A DNA stretch of 62,674 nt, filler included, from Nitrospirae bacterium CG2_30_53_67 (lineage in GTDB: Bacteria; CG2-30-53-67): assembly GCA_001873285.1 (NCBI GenBank). It is 5 parts of 5 records of this genome, joined end to end, with 100 filler letters (N's around TTAATTAATTAA, not from the genome) between each part and the next. Parts side by side here need not be neighbours in the genome. Positions count along the whole stretch, not along the records: positions 1 to 18,055 come from MNYV01000025.1; 4 more parts are not named here. The stretch is one strand, 5' to 3'. Positions 1 to 11,240 of this stretch are shown here, one piece after another (positions within the stretch are counted from its first letter, which is position 1; every line of letters starts with the position of its first letter). A program made the position numbers and the translations under genes. The notes beneath the pieces are model-generated. The model worked only from the letters and a program-made list of their open reading frames with translations. It did no database searches and had not been told where the DNA came from.

Positions 1-1
1 C

Positions 2-865
2 TCCTCCAATCAGAAGGGGATTTATCTTCGAAACCGTATCCGCAGGGAACTGATCCCTCTGCTGGTGGAGAGATACAACCCGAACCTGGTGGAAGACCTG
101 CAGAGGACAGCAGAGATACTCGGGGAGGAAGAGGCCTTCATGCAGGAAGAGGCTGAAAAGCGCTTCTCCCCGATGACTATCCCCGGCGGAGTGGCCCTCG
201 ATCTATCAGATCTTAAGGGTCTTTCTCATGCCATGGTGCGAAGGATGGTGAGGATGGCCATGGTCCAGGCCGGCGAGTCTTCCGAGATCACTTTCCGGCA
301 TGTGGATTCGGTCTTGAAACTGATGGAGGCGGAGGGCTCCGCGGCGAGGATCGATCTCCCGGAGGGATTGAAGGTCCGAAAGTCCTACGAAAGGCTGGAG
401 TTTTCCATGGAGAATCCAAAAGAGAGCCCTGGGGATCTTTATGAGATCCCGGTTCCCGGCAGCAAGCGGATCCCCGAGCTGAGGATCGAGGTGGAATCCA
501 GGGTCCTTTCCCTTGATGAGACAGCGGACTCTCTTCTGAAAAGCGAGGCGGTCCTGGATCTGGACAAGTGTTCCGGCCCGCTTGGTTTCAGGACAAGGCG
601 GCCGGGGGATATTTTTTATCCCAAGGGGTTCGGCAAAAAGAAAAAAGTCAAACGGTTTTTCATTGACGAGAAGATACCATACATGGAGCGCGGCCGGGTC
701 CCGCTCCTGGTCAATCGTGAAAACGAGATCCTCTGGATTGGTGGATACCGGATGGATGGGCGTTATGCCGTGGATGACAAGACCCGCCGTGCCCTTCTGA
801 TTCAGATCCGCCGCTTAAACGGGAAAGAGCATGAAGAGACTCGGCGAAGTCCTGATATCGGCTGA
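2..865 (+). CDS. tilS: tRNA(Ile)-lysidine synthase, 5'-truncated by the window edge
   Basis: Frame from base 2 reads YLRNRIRRELIP; C-terminal TilS_C motifs RTRRPGD..KKKVKRFFIDEKIP..R..VPLL; directly upstream of hpt-ftsH. Confidence 0.93.
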   Translation, partial: SSNQKGIYLRNRIRRELIPLLVERYNPNLVEDLQRTAEILGEEEAFMQEEAEKRFSPMTIPGGVALDLSDLKGLSHAMVRRMVRMAMVQAGESSEITFRHVDSVLKLMEAEGSAARIDLPEGLKVRKSYERLEFSMENPKESPGDLYEIPVPGSKRIPELRIEVESRVLSLDETADSLLKSEAVLDLDKCSGPLGFRTRRPGDIFYPKGFGKKKKVKRFFIDEKIPYMERGRVPLLVNRENEILWIGGYRMDGRYAVDDKTRRALLIQIRRLNGKEHEETRRSPDIG

Positions 866-1355
866 GGCCATCAGAAACAGGGTCTGCGATCTGGCTGGTG
901 AGATATCACGTGACTATCAAGGCAAGGACCTCCTCATGGTCGGAATCCTTAAAGGGGCCTTTGTCTTTATGGCGGACCTGGTCCGGGCGATCTCCATCCC
1001 GGTCCGGATTGATTTCCTGGGCGTGGCCAGTTATGGACCGGGCACGGACCCGTCTGAGGAGATCAAGGTTTTCAAAGATTTGAATCAGCCTGTGGCCGGC
1101 CGGGACATTTTGATCGTGGACGATATTATTGATACCGGCCTGACCACGGATTACCTGCTCCGGCTCCTTACGGTGCGGAGTCCCAGGTCCATCAAGGTCT
1201 GCTCACTGCTGAACAAGCCGTCGAGGAGAAAGGTCGAGGTTAAGATCGACTACCTGGGGTTTCAGATCCCGGATCATTTCGTCGTGGGGTACGGCATGGA
1301 TTTTAATGAGGAGTATCGGCATCTGCCGGAGGTCCACATGATCACGGCTTCGTAA
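831..1355 (+). CDS. hpt: Hypoxanthine phosphoribosyltransferase
   Basis: GILKGAFVFMADL, PRPP motif ILIVDDIIDTGLT, FVVGYGMD; tilS-hpt-ftsH synteny. Confidence 0.95.
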   Translation: MKRLGEVLISAEAIRNRVCDLAGEISRDYQGKDLLMVGILKGAFVFMADLVRAISIPVRIDFLGVASYGPGTDPSEEIKVFKDLNQPVAGRDILIVDDIIDTGLTTDYLLRLLTVRSPRSIKVCSLLNKPSRRKVEVKIDYLGFQIPDHFVVGYGMDFNEEYRHLPEVHMITAS

Positions 1356-1559
1356 AAAGTCCGTCTGCATCACGGAGATCTGATGACGCCTGTGGCCGTT
1401 CAATGCGGTTTGGAACTTTTTATTTGGAAATATAATTTTTTTATTGTTTATCAGAAAGATTTTATGATAGGATGTGCAATATAAAAAACAATGTAAATCA
1501 ACAAGATAGGACATTTCTCCTGTCTTTTGCGCATTGATTTGCCGTCCGGGAGGCCCTTT

Positions 1560-3371
1560 GTGAATTCCTTCTATAAAAGTTTAACCCTGTGGCTTGTCAT
1601 CGGTATGGTGATGGTCCTTGTTTTCAATCTCTTCAATTACCAGAAGGACATCACGCACGAGATCACGTTTACGGAATTCCTGGATCAGGTGGATAACGGA
1701 GAAGTCAAGGAGGTTGTGATCCAGGAAGACGAAGGGATCACCGGCATCACGCAGGACGGCAAGACCTTCAGGGTCTATTCACCGCAGTATCCTGACCTGA
1801 TCAAGGACCTTCGGACCAAGGGGGTCAAGATCAAGGCCAAACCTCCCAGGAAAGAGTCACTCCTGATGACCATCCTGGTCTCATGGTTCCCCTTTCTCCT
1901 CCTCATCGGCGTCTGGATCTTTTTCATGAGGCAGATGCAGGGCGGAGGGAACAAGGCCCTCTCCTTCGGGAAGAGCCGCGCCAAGCTCCTGACCGAGGAT
2001 CAGCAGAAAGTGACCTTCAAGGACGTGGCCGGAATCGATGAGGCCAAAGAGGAACTCCAGGAAGTGATCGAGTTTCTCAAGGATCCGAAAAAGTTCCAGA
2101 AACTCGGAGGAAAGATCCCCAAGGGGGTGCTCCTGATGGGGCCGCCCGGGACAGGCAAAACCCTTCTGGCGAGGGCCATTGCCGGGGAGGCGGATGTCCC
2201 CTTTTTTACGATCAGCGGCTCTGATTTTGTTGAAATGTTTGTGGGCGTGGGCGCCTCCAGGGTCAGGGACCTCTTTGACCAGGGGAAAAAGCACGCCCCC
2301 TGCATCATCTTCATCGACGAGATCGACGCGGTGGGACGCCACCGGGGCGCCGGGCTCGGTGGAGGTCACGATGAGCGGGAGCAGACATTGAACCAGCTTC
2401 TGGTGGAGATGGATGGATTCGAATCCCATGAAAGCGTGATCCTGATCGCAGCGACCAACCGGCCCGACGTCCTCGATCCGGCCCTCATGCGTCCCGGGAG
2501 ATTCGACCGGCAGGTGGTGGTCCCGAATCCGGACATCAAGGGGAGGGAAGGGATACTCAAGGTCCATACCCGGAAGATCCCCATGGCAGAGGACGTGGAT
2601 ATCATGACCCTTGCAAGGGGGACACCGGGGTTCTCCGGGGCCGACCTGGCCAACATGGTGAACGAAGGAGCGTTGCTCGCTGCGCGCAAGAACAAGGACA
2701 AGGTCGACATGTCCGACCTCGAATCAGCCAAGGACAAGGTCATGATGGGCGCAGAGCGAAGAAGCATGGTCATGACCGATGAGGAGAAGAGAAACACGGC
2801 CTATCACGAAGCGGGACATGCCTTGGTGGCCAGGCTGGTTCCCGGCGCCGATCCGGTGCACAAGGTGACCATCATTCCCAGGGGAAGGGCGCTGGGGGTG
2901 ACTCAGCAGATACCGGAGTCGGACAAGTACACCTACTCCAAGGAGAATATGCTGGCCAGGATCACGGTGCTCCTGGGCGGAAGGGCCTCCGAGGAGCTGA
3001 TCTTTGATCAGATGACCACAGGGGCCGGAAACGACATCGAGCGGTCCACCGAGCTTGCAAGAAAGATGATCTGCGAGTGGGGCATGAGTGATAAGCTCGG
3101 CCCGGTGACCTTCGGCAAGAAGGAAGAGCAGATCTTCCTGGGGAGAGAGATCTCGCAGCACAGGGACTACAGCGAAGCCACGGCCGTGGAGATTGATTCC
3201 GAGGTGAGAAGGGTTGTCAACGAGTGTCATGACGAGGCCAGAAGGCTTCTCCAAGAGAACATTGAAACCTTGAAACGGATCGCCGAAACCCTGCTGGATA
3301 TCGAGGTTCTGAATGCAGAACAGCTCGATGAGATCATAGACGGAAAATCCCCCAAAGAGGCCAAGGAATGA
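1560..3371 (+). CDS. ftsH: ATP-dependent zinc metalloprotease FtsH
   Basis: Two TM segments, Walker [40 protein letters not shown] start at 1560 inferred. Confidence 0.97.
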   Translation: MNSFYKSLTLWLVIGMVMVLVFNLFNYQKDITHEITFTEFLDQVDNGEVKEVVIQEDEGITGITQDGKTFRVYSPQYPDLIKDLRTKGVKIKAKPPRKESLLMTILVSWFPFLLLIGVWIFFMRQMQGGGNKALSFGKSRAKLLTEDQQKVTFKDVAGIDEAKEELQEVIEFLKDPKKFQKLGGKIPKGVLLMGPPGTGKTLLARAIAGEADVPFFTISGSDFVEMFVGVGASRVRDLFDQGKKHAPCIIFIDEIDAVGRHRGAGLGGGHDEREQTLNQLLVEMDGFESHESVILIAATNRPDVLDPALMRPGRFDRQVVVPNPDIKGREGILKVHTRKIPMAEDVDIMTLARGTPGFSGADLANMVNEGALLAARKNKDKVDMSDLESAKDKVMMGAERRSMVMTDEEKRNTAYHEAGHALVARLVPGADPVHKVTIIPRGRALGVTQQIPESDKYTYSKENMLARITVLLGGRASEELIFDQMTTGAGNDIERSTELARKMICEWGMSDKLGPVTFGKKEEQIFLGREISQHRDYSEATAVEIDSEVRRVVNECHDEARRLLQENIETLKRIAETLLDIEVLNAEQLDEIIDGKSPKEAKE

Positions 3372-4576
3372 GATACCGGATGAGGGTCCTCAATCTGGGA
3401 ACGAGGGATGAACTCATCCGTGAAATGAAACGTCTGGGCGCCGATCCGGAAGGGATCGGCATGATGTTTCCCAAAGGATTGACCAGACTGATCCGTCTTG
3501 CCGGCATTCCCTGCAAAGTGGCCAACCTTCTCAAACAGGAATTGCTTTCACGCGGGGGAGACTGCGCTGTTTCACATGGGACGCTCACACACGCCGTGGA
3601 GACCACCGATGCCCTCATGATCGCCACGGAGAGACAGTACCGCGAGCTGATCCGTAAATTGAAGAAGCAAAAGATCTTCGGACTTCCGGAACTTGCCGGT
3701 CAGATTGAAAAGAGCATAACGAACATGAACCTCAGGAAGTTCCGGATCGAAATCGGGGGCAAGGCGCTGAATCTCGATGAAAGGACCCATATCATGGGGG
3801 TTCTGAATGTGACGCCGGATTCCTTTTCCGACGGAGGGACCTTCATGGATCCGGAGAAGGCCTATCTCCATGCTTTGAGAATGAGGGACGACGGCGCCGA
3901 TATCATCGATATCGGGGGGGAATCAACACGTCCGGGCGCAGAGGAGACGCCTGAAGACCTTGAACTCTCGAGAATCCTTCCTCTGGTCGAGCGTATTTCC
4001 AGGGAATCGGAGGCGGTCATTTCCGTGGATACCTACAAGGCGCGTGTGGCGAGAAAAGCCATTGAAGCCGGGGCACACATGATCAATGATATCAGCGGGC
4101 TGAGGTTCGATCCGGAGATGGCGCCGTTGATTGCCGAGACCGGCGTGCCGGTCGTCATCATGCATATCAAGGGGACGCCCAGGGATATGCAAAAAGAACC
4201 CTCCTATGAAGACGTCATGGGGGAGATTATCGCAAGCCTTGAGGAGAGCATGGAGATCGCTTACAGGGCAGGGGTCCGGGAGGAACAGATCGTGGTGGAT
4301 CCGGGGATCGGTTTTGGAAAGCGCCTTCAGGATAATCTGGACATCATCAGGCATCTTTCAGAACTCAAAATTCTCGGGCGGCCGATCCTGCTCGGTACCT
4401 CTCGGAAGTCATTCATCGGCAGCATTCTTAACCTCTCAGTTACGGACCGCCTTGAGGGGACTGCGGCTACCGTGAGCGTGGGGATCATGAACGGCGTCCA
4501 TATCATCCGGGTCCACGACGTTCGGGAAATGGCCAGGGTGGCCAAGGTGACCGATGCCGTGGCCCAACGCGTTTAA
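3368..4576 (+). CDS. folP: Dihydropteroate synthase with ~130-aa N-terminal extension
   Basis: [44 protein letters not shown]. Confidence 0.95.
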   Translation: MRYRMRVLNLGTRDELIREMKRLGADPEGIGMMFPKGLTRLIRLAGIPCKVANLLKQELLSRGGDCAVSHGTLTHAVETTDALMIATERQYRELIRKLKKQKIFGLPELAGQIEKSITNMNLRKFRIEIGGKALNLDERTHIMGVLNVTPDSFSDGGTFMDPEKAYLHALRMRDDGADIIDIGGESTRPGAEETPEDLELSRILPLVERISRESEAVISVDTYKARVARKAIEAGAHMINDISGLRFDPEMAPLIAETGVPVVIMHIKGTPRDMQKEPSYEDVMGEIIASLEESMEIAYRAGVREEQIVVDPGIGFGKRLQDNLDIIRHLSELKILGRPILLGTSRKSFIGSILNLSVTDRLEGTAATVSVGIMNGVHIIRVHDVREMARVAKVTDAVAQRV

Positions 4577-4590
4577 TGTCTGGATAATTA

Positions 4591-4795
4591 GAATCATCTC
4601 CAAAAGAGTGGGTGAAAACATAAGGGTTCAAGGGGTCAAGGATTCCAGGGGTCAAGTGAAGTGCTTTTTAAAAACTCAAGGGTCCGAGGGGTCAAGGGGC
4701 TTAGGGTCCAAGTGAAAAGCATAGAAAAAAACTGAAGGGCAACAGAAATCAAAAAACCACTTGAACCCTTGAACCCTTGAACCCTATAACCCTAT
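4591..4795 (+). mobile_element. MITE family A (octamer-repeat element), copy 1, right end missing
   Basis: Begins GAATCATCTCCAAAAGAGTGGGTGAAAAC, then GGGGTCAA/GGGTTCAA units and reverse-complement TTGAACCC units. Confidence 0.75.
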
Positions 4796-4821
4796 CTTGT
4801 ATTTTAAAGAAATGGTTCCGA

Positions 4822-5625
4822 ATGTTTTCTGAAATCTCCGACGTCCTCCACTGGTTTCTGCGGACATTTCGATGGCAGGATGCCGTCGACATCCTGATCG
4901 TTGCCTACGTCCTTTACGAGCTGTTCAAGCTTTTTAAAGGGACCCGGGCCCTTCAGATGATCATCGGGCTGACCATCCTGGTCATGGCCTCGTTCATTTT
5001 CCAGTGGGCAAAATTTTATACCATCAGCTGGCTGCTGAATAACCTGTGGGCCTATCTGGCCCTGAGTGTGATCATTCTTTTCCAGCCGGAAATCCGCAGG
5101 ACCCTGGCCCATATGGGGCAGAGCCCTGTTTTTTCATCCATGAACCTGGAATCGGAGGCCAAGACCATTGATGAACTGGTCAAGGGATCCGTCACCATGG
5201 CGAGCCGGAAGATCGGGGCGCTGATCCTGCTTGAACGTGAGCACAGCATCGAAGGCCTGATTGAGATGGGGACGCCCATTGACTCGAAGTTGTCCAAGGA
5301 GATCCTCCTCAGTATCTTCCTCCCCTATTCCCCGATTCATGACGGGGCCGTGATCATTCAGAAGGACAGGATCAAGGCCGCGGGATGTTTCCTCCCGCTT
5401 ACGCTGAATCTCAACCTGAGCAAGGAGCTGGGGACCCGTCACCGGGCGGCCATGGGCATCACTGAAGAGACCGATGCCGTGGTGATCGTGGTCTCGGAAG
5501 AGACAGGGACCATTTCCGTGGTGATCGGCGGGAAGATTACACGGGACCTGGATGCGCAGGCCCTTCGCCGTGTCCTGACCAATGTGATGCGGCCGGTTAA
5601 GAAAAAAACAAGGAAATGGTTTTAA
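4822..5625 (+). CDS. cdaA: Diadenylate cyclase CdaA (DacA)
   Basis: Three N-terminal TM segments, FQPEIRR, catalytic HDGA and GTRHRAA motifs; followed by ybbR and glmM. Confidence 0.95.
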   Translation: MFSEISDVLHWFLRTFRWQDAVDILIVAYVLYELFKLFKGTRALQMIIGLTILVMASFIFQWAKFYTISWLLNNLWAYLALSVIILFQPEIRRTLAHMGQSPVFSSMNLESEAKTIDELVKGSVTMASRKIGALILLEREHSIEGLIEMGTPIDSKLSKEILLSIFLPYSPIHDGAVIIQKDRIKAAGCFLPLTLNLNLSKELGTRHRAAMGITEETDAVVIVVSEETGTISVVIGGKITRDLDAQALRRVLTNVMRPVKKKTRKWF

Positions 5626-5819
5626 AGATCATCTCCAAAAGAGTGGGTGAAAAAGAAGGGGTCAAGGGGCCAAGGATTCAAGGGGTCGAGTGAAGTGCTA
5701 AAAACATCAGCGGTCAAGGGGTCCAGTGTTTTTCTCTGGAGATTTTGCTTGCGTTTAAGTATTTCACTTGAACCCTGGAATCCTCGACCCCTTTTTACCC
5801 ACTAAATGGGAGAAGAACC
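5626..5819 (+). mobile_element. MITE family A copy 2
   Basis: Ends AGATCATCTCC ... GGAGAAGAACC (imperfect TIR); starts immediately after the cdaA stop codon. Confidence 0.8.
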
Positions 5820-5852
5820 ATAATTAAAAAAGGGATCAGCGGAGTGAAAGGC

Positions 5853-6773
5853 ATGAGGCGCTTTAAGGATATATTGATCAAGGATTTGTGGATCAAGGCA
5901 TTCTCCATTATTTTTGCTTTTTTCCTCTGGTTTTCCATCGTCGGGGGAGAAAGCGCTGAGGAGTTTTTTACCATCCCGCTGACCATTGTGAAAATCCCAG
6001 AGAATATGATCATCAAAAACGAACTGGTTGATTTCGTGAATTTGCGGGTGCGCGGGCAGAAGGCCGTGCTCAACTCGCTGAATGCCAAACAGATCACCGT
6101 GGAACTCAACCTCAAGGATGCAAAAGAGGGTGAAAACGTCATCACCCTCTTTCCGGAAGAAGTCAAACTCCCTGAAGGGCTCTCCGTTGTAAGGATCAGT
6201 CCTTCACAGGTCACGGTCGAGCTGAGCAAACTTGCCGAGAAAGCGCTCCCGGTGGAACCCGATTTCTTCGGGACCGCAGCCAAAGGCTACGAGATCGGGA
6301 GGGTTACGGCCACGCCGCTCAAGGTAGAGGTGATGGGGCTGAAGGAGGCGCTCAAGGATCAGGAAAAGATCAAGACCGCGCGTATAGATCTCTTCGGAAA
6401 GAACCGGTCTTTTTCCGTGGAGGCGGACCTGAAGCCCCCCAGTGGAAATGTCTATATCAAAGGGCCCAAAAAGGTCCAGGTTGACGTGGAGATCCTGGAA
6501 AAGTCAGGCCGGCGTGAATTCCGGAATATACCGGTGAAGGGGTCCGGCCCTTCGGACGGGGCGGTTTTTCATCCGGATAAGGTGACACTGGTCATCGCCG
6601 GGCCGGAGGCCAAACTTACGGATATGCTCCCTTCGATGATCGAGGTCGTGATCCAGGAGCCGGAGACACCGGGCGCCTTTGATCTGGAACCGGAGGTGAC
6701 CTTGCCCGAGGGGTTTCAGGTGATCCGGATCAGTCCTGAAAAAATACGGGTCAAGGTGGAGAAGCATTCCTGA
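5853..6773 (+). CDS. cdaR: YbbR-domain regulator CdaR
   Basis: N-terminal TM, repeated beta-rich YbbR-like domains (..P..V.V.G..); lies between cdaA and glmM. Confidence 0.88.
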   Translation: MRRFKDILIKDLWIKAFSIIFAFFLWFSIVGGESAEEFFTIPLTIVKIPENMIIKNELVDFVNLRVRGQKAVLNSLNAKQITVELNLKDAKEGENVITLFPEEVKLPEGLSVVRISPSQVTVELSKLAEKALPVEPDFFGTAAKGYEIGRVTATPLKVEVMGLKEALKDQEKIKTARIDLFGKNRSFSVEADLKPPSGNVYIKGPKKVQVDVEILEKSGRREFRNIPVKGSGPSDGAVFHPDKVTLVIAGPEAKLTDMLPSMIEVVIQEPETPGAFDLEPEVTLPEGFQVIRISPEKIRVKVEKHS

Positions 6774-6810
6774 ACCGTTCTATATATACAGAGCCTCATA
6801 AACCAACAAC

Positions 6811-6942
6811 GTCATTCCCCGGCCCCCGATCGCAGTCGAGGGCAGGCTTGATCGGGGAATCCATGGTTCGACAAGCTCACCATGACAATTGTCACCCTGA
6901 GCCTGTCGAAGGGTGGATTGTCCGGTCGAGCCGGACAATGAC
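6811..6942. repeat. Nested REP-like palindromes
   Basis: GTCATTCCCC...GACAATGAC outer unit with inner TTCGACAAGCTCA...TGAGCCTGTCGAA hairpin; related GTCATTCCC units near 30990 and 62307. Confidence 0.7.
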
Positions 6943-6985
6943 AAACTGATTAACCTCTGTCACTGTGTATAAAGGAGGGTCAATC

Positions 6986-8347
6986 TTGGGCAAGTTGTTT
7001 GGAACCGACGGCGTCCGGGGTGTTGCCAACGTCTACCCCATGAACGTGGAAATGGCGATCAAGCTCGGGAGGGCGGCTTCACATATTTTCAAGAAGGCGC
7101 GCTCCGGCCGGCACAAGGTCATCATAGGCAAGGATACGAGACTTTCGGGATACATGCTGGAGAGCGCCCTCATGTCAGGAATCTGCTCCATGGGCGTGGA
7201 CGTCCTGCTGGTCGGTCCCCTCCCCACGCCGGCCATTGCCTTCATGACTAAAAATCTCCGGGCGGACGCGGGTGTGGTGATCTCCGCCTCGCACAACCCC
7301 TATCAGGACAACGGGATCAAGTTTTTCTCTCCCGATGGGTACAAACTCCCGGATGAAATAGAAGAGGAGATGGAGTCTCTTATTTTTTCCAATGATATTG
7401 ATTCCATCCGGCCCACGGCCGAGGAGGTGGGAAAGGCCTTTCGGATTGATGACGCGGAGGGCCGCTATGTTTCTTACATCAAAACAAGCTTCCCCAAGGA
7501 GTATGACCTCTCCGGGATCAAGATCGTGATTGACTGTGCCAACGGCGCGGCGTACAAGGCCGCCCCGCTGGTCATGCAGGAACTCGGCGCCGATATCGTC
7601 GTCTTGAATAACCGGCCCGACGGATGCAACATTAACAAGGACTGCGGGTCGCTCCATCCTGATGTGATCATAAAGGCCGTTCTGGACCATGGCGCCGATA
7701 TCGGCATCTCCCTGGACGGAGATGCAGACCGCGTGATCTTTTCGGATGAAAAGGGGAGTGAGGTCAACGGCGACCCCGTGATGGTCTTCTCCGCCCTGGA
7801 CATGAAAAGCCGAGGGGTCCTGCGTGAGAATACCCTGGTGACCACGGTGATGAGCAACATGGGGTTGGAACTGGCGCTGAAAAAACAGGGGATACGGGTC
7901 GTCCGGACGCAGGTCGGAGACCGGTATGTGGCCGAGGAGATGATCCGGGGAGGATATAATCTGGGCGGGGAGCAATCCGGTCATATTCTATTTATGGACT
8001 ACAATACCACGGGAGACGGGATCCTGTCGGCCCTGCAGGTCCTTTCCATCATGAGGAGGTCCGGAAAGAGTCTCTCCGAACTCGCTTCGGTCATGACCAC
8101 GCTTCCGCAGATCCTCAAGAACGTCAGGGTCAGGGAGAAAAAGGATTTTGAAAGCCTGCCGGACGTCAAGAAGGCCATCCATTCCGCAGAGCAGAAACTT
8201 AAAGAGGAGGGGAGGGTTCTGGTCAGGTATTCAGGCACTGAAAACAAGGCCAGGGTCATGATCGAAGGACCGGATTCGGATTCGATCCGGGATATGGCCG
8301 AAAGCATAGCGGGAGAGATCGAGAAGGCGATTGGTGTTAAAAATTAA
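6986..8347 (+). CDS. glmM: Phosphoglucosamine mutase
   Basis: FGTDGVRG, phosphoserine motif ISASHNP, DGDADR, GEQSGH, RYSGTE; TTG start after AAGGAGG. Confidence 0.97.
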   Translation: MGKLFGTDGVRGVANVYPMNVEMAIKLGRAASHIFKKARSGRHKVIIGKDTRLSGYMLESALMSGICSMGVDVLLVGPLPTPAIAFMTKNLRADAGVVISASHNPYQDNGIKFFSPDGYKLPDEIEEEMESLIFSNDIDSIRPTAEEVGKAFRIDDAEGRYVSYIKTSFPKEYDLSGIKIVIDCANGAAYKAAPLVMQELGADIVVLNNRPDGCNINKDCGSLHPDVIIKAVLDHGADIGISLDGDADRVIFSDEKGSEVNGDPVMVFSALDMKSRGVLRENTLVTTVMSNMGLELALKKQGIRVVRTQVGDRYVAEEMIRGGYNLGGEQSGHILFMDYNTTGDGILSALQVLSIMRRSGKSLSELASVMTTLPQILKNVRVREKKDFESLPDVKKAIHSAEQKLKEEGRVLVRYSGTENKARVMIEGPDSDSIRDMAESIAGEIEKAIGVKN

Positions 8348-8554
8348 AGATTATCTCCAGAAGAGTAGGTGAAAACATCAGGGGTCAAGGGGTCAAGGAT
8401 TCCAGGGGTCAAGTGAAGTGCTTTTCAAGAAATTGAGGGTCCGAGGGGTCAAGGATTCAAGTGAAATACAGAAAAGCAAGCAAAGTCTCCAGAGAGAAAC
8501 ACTGGACCCCTTGAACCCTTGAACCCTTTTTATCCACTATATGGGAGAAGAAAC
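8348..8554 (+). mobile_element. MITE family A copy 3 (inverted core)
   Basis: AGATTATCTCC ... GGAGAAGAAAC; flanks AAAATTAA/AAAATTGG (6/8 TSD); starts immediately after the glmM stop codon. Confidence 0.8.
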
Positions 8555-8607
8555 AAAATTGGGATTTCGATATTCGGATTTCAGCCTATTTTAGAAAGGG
8601 GTTTCTT

Positions 8608-9321
8608 GTGACACGACTGGGAGTGAACATTGATCACGTGGCCACGATCCGTCAGGCCAGGCTGACCACGGAACCGGATCCGGTTGCGGCCGCGCTCATT
8701 GCCGAGCTGGCCGGAGCAGACGGCATTACCATCCACCTGAGAGAGGACCGCAGGCATATCCAGGACCGTGATTTAAGTTTGATCCGTCGTGTGATTCATG
8801 TCCGACTGAACCTGGAAATGGCGGCAACCGAGGAGATCATCCGGATCGCACTGAAGGAGAGACCGGATGCGGTCTGTCTCGTTCCTGAAAAGAGGGCGGA
8901 ACTCACGACTGAAGGCGGACTGGATGTGGCGGCCCATGGGAAGTCCCTGAAGCAAGGGATCCGGAGGCTGAGGCATAAGGGGATCGAGGTCAGCATCTTC
9001 GTGGATCCCGATCCCAGACAGGTGATCGCCTCAAAGGAGTTGAACGCTGATGCCGTGGAGATCCATACCGGCGCCTATGCGGAGGCCAAAGGCAAGGCGC
9101 AGGCCCGGGAACTGGAGCGTATCCATCGGGCCGTGCAGACTGCCCGTGAGATCGGGATCAGCATCCATGCAGGGCACGGGCTGACCTACCGGAACGTCAG
9201 CCGGATCGCCGCCATACCGGAGATCGAGGAGCTGAACATCGGACACAGCATCATATCCAGGGCGGTGCTGGTAGGGCTGGAACGGGCTGTCAGGGAAATG
9301 AAGGCGCTGGTGAACCCTTGA
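8608..9321 (+). CDS. pdxJ: Pyridoxine 5'-phosphate synthase
   Basis: [36 protein letters not shown]. Confidence 0.97.
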   Translation: MTRLGVNIDHVATIRQARLTTEPDPVAAALIAELAGADGITIHLREDRRHIQDRDLSLIRRVIHVRLNLEMAATEEIIRIALKERPDAVCLVPEKRAELTTEGGLDVAAHGKSLKQGIRRLRHKGIEVSIFVDPDPRQVIASKELNADAVEIHTGAYAEAKGKAQARELERIHRAVQTAREIGISIHAGHGLTYRNVSRIAAIPEIEELNIGHSIISRAVLVGLERAVREMKALVNP

Positions 9322-9355
9322 ACCCTTTGTCAACTTAATTGACGATGAGCCGAGT

Positions 9356-10918
9356 ATGAAGGTCGCGAATGCTGAACAGATGAAGAGACTGGACCGGGAG
9401 GCCGTCAGGGAGTACAGGATCCCCGGAATCGTGCTTATGGAGAACGCCTCGCTGGGGGTGATCCGTTCCATGGAGACGAAATACGGCCGGCTTTGGGGGA
9501 GGTCCGTGCTGATCTTCTGCGGCAAGGGGAACAACGGCGGGGACGGGATGGCCTCGGCCAGACACCTTGCAAACCGAGGGGCGCACGTCCAGGTGGTTCT
9601 CTTGGGAGAACCTGAGAGCCTCCAGGAAGACGCAGCAGCCAATTACGCCATCTGCGAACGCATGAAGATCCGAATCCATCCGGTGGTCTCTCCAAAAGAT
9701 TTTTCTTCGGTTTCACGCTGGATCAGTAAGGCCGATCTTATCCTGGATGCGATCCTGGGAACCGGGATCGTCCCGCCGGTCCGCGGGCTGGTGGAACAGG
9801 CAGTACGCCGGATCAACCGGTCCGGTAAACCGGTGATCTCCGTGGACCTCCCCACAGGCTTGAGTGCGGACTCTTCTGAAATCGTCGGGGAGGTGGTTCA
9901 TGCGGATTTGACTGTCACCTTCGGTCTTCCCAAAATATCCCTGGTCCAGTATCCCTCATTGTCGAATGCCGGAGAGGTCCACGTGGCGGACATCAGCCTT
10001 CCTTGGGAACTCGTGGACCAGGCTGAGATCCCAGTGGAACTTCTCGGTGAGGAGATTCTGCAGGCCCTTCCGCCGAGGAGGCCCGATCTTCACAAGGGGG
10101 AAGCAGGCCGGGTCCTTCTGATCGCAGGATCCAGGGGAATGCCTGGAGCGGCGGTAATGGCCGCCCTATCCTGTTTCAGGTCCGGCGCCGGACTGGTCTA
10201 TGCCGCCGTGCCCGGGCGGGTGCGGGAGTTTTTTCATAAACAGTTGGTAGAGGGGATCACCGTCACCCTTCCGGAAACCGAGCGGGATCATCTGAGCCTC
10301 TCCGCTCTGCCGGATATCCTCGCTGCGGCCCGGGGGAAAAAGGCGGCGGTGATGGGGCCCGGAATCGGCCTTGACCCGGCAACGGGCGATATGGTACGAT
10401 CCCTCATTCAAAAGATCCGCATCCCCATGATTCTGGACGCCGACGCCCTCAGCCATCTGGCCGGGAATACGGCCCTACTCAGGAAAATCAGGATCCCGGT
10501 GATCCTGACCCCGCATCCCGGGGAGATGGCCAGGCTGACAGACGTCTCGGACAAGGTTTTAAAGACGCGCCGCGTGGATCTGGCCCGGGAATTCGCCGCG
10601 GCGTTTGGGGTGATTCTGGTTTTAAAAGGGGCCAGGACCGTGATTGCGGATCCCAAGGGCCGGGTCTGGATCAATCCAACGGGAAATCCGGGCATGGCCA
10701 CGGCCGGGACCGGGGACGTGCTCACGGGGATGATCGCCGGGCTTGCGGCCCAAGGGATGGCGCCTCTGCAGGCTGCGCTGGCCGGTGTTTTTCTGCACGG
10801 GCGCTGCGGGGACCGAGCCGCCGCACACCGGGGTAAACGAGGACTTCTTGCCAGAGACCTGATCCGTGAGATACCGAATGTCTTGAGGACCGTTGATGAC
10901 AAGAAAAGGACCCGATGA
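9356..10918 (+). CDS. nnr: Bifunctional NAD(P)H-hydrate epimerase/dehydratase
   Basis: YjeF_N motif CGKGNNGGDG; C-terminal HKGEAG, LTPHPGE, AGTGDVL. Confidence 0.95.
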   Translation: MKVANAEQMKRLDREAVREYRIPGIVLMENASLGVIRSMETKYGRLWGRSVLIFCGKGNNGGDGMASARHLANRGAHVQVVLLGEPESLQEDAAANYAICERMKIRIHPVVSPKDFSSVSRWISKADLILDAILGTGIVPPVRGLVEQAVRRINRSGKPVISVDLPTGLSADSSEIVGEVVHADLTVTFGLPKISLVQYPSLSNAGEVHVADISLPWELVDQAEIPVELLGEEILQALPPRRPDLHKGEAGRVLLIAGSRGMPGAAVMAALSCFRSGAGLVYAAVPGRVREFFHKQLVEGITVTLPETERDHLSLSALPDILAAARGKKAAVMGPGIGLDPATGDMVRSLIQKIRIPMILDADALSHLAGNTALLRKIRIPVILTPHPGEMARLTDVSDKVLKTRRVDLAREFAAAFGVILVLKGARTVIADPKGRVWINPTGNPGMATAGTGDVLTGMIAGLAAQGMAPLQAALAGVFLHGRCGDRAAAHRGKRGLLARDLIREIPNVLRTVDDKKRTR

Positions 10919-10997
10919 AACCACAGAGTGCACAGAGAAACAGTCTGTGTTCTGTGGTCAGGTTTTAATAAACGTTCAACCAGAAAAGGAGGAAAAC

Positions 10998-11184
10998 ATG
11001 AAAAGGATTCTTGCTTGCGCAGTCTTTTTAACTCTACGGGTCGGCCGCGCTCTCTTATTATCCGATGAAGAATCTTGGGATTTCGGCCGGATACCGGATG
11101 ATCCGCCTGGATGTGTCCGAGGATGGAGACAGTGCATTTCTTAAACTGGGCGGTCCGACCCTGTCTGCGACTCTTCGATTCTAA
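10998..11184 (+). pseudogene. Internally deleted outer-membrane beta-barrel gene
   Basis: AAGGAGG RBS and signal-like MKRILACAVFLTL, joined out of frame to AALSYYPMKNLGISAGYRMIRLDV...LGGPTLSATLRF* (two terminal beta-strands ending in Phe). Confidence 0.65.
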
Positions 11185-11240
11185 AGAAGCTTATGAATGA
11201 TTTGATGGATGTTTATTTTAAAGAAAAGAGGTGAGGAACA

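Noticed and set aside
4620..4795. Octamer arrays as a CRISPR array or iterons
   Set aside because: Units are 8 bp without unique 30-40 bp spacers, with no cas or rep genes; they are internal to the MITE.
4584..5826. Composite transposon carrying cdaA (ATAATTA on both outer flanks)
   Set aside because: Only 7 bp of AT-rich match, and cdaA is in its native folP-cdaA-cdaR-glmM context.
9321..9356. Absence of acpS between pdxJ and nnr
   Set aside because: Gene-order variation; cannot be assessed without the rest of the genome.
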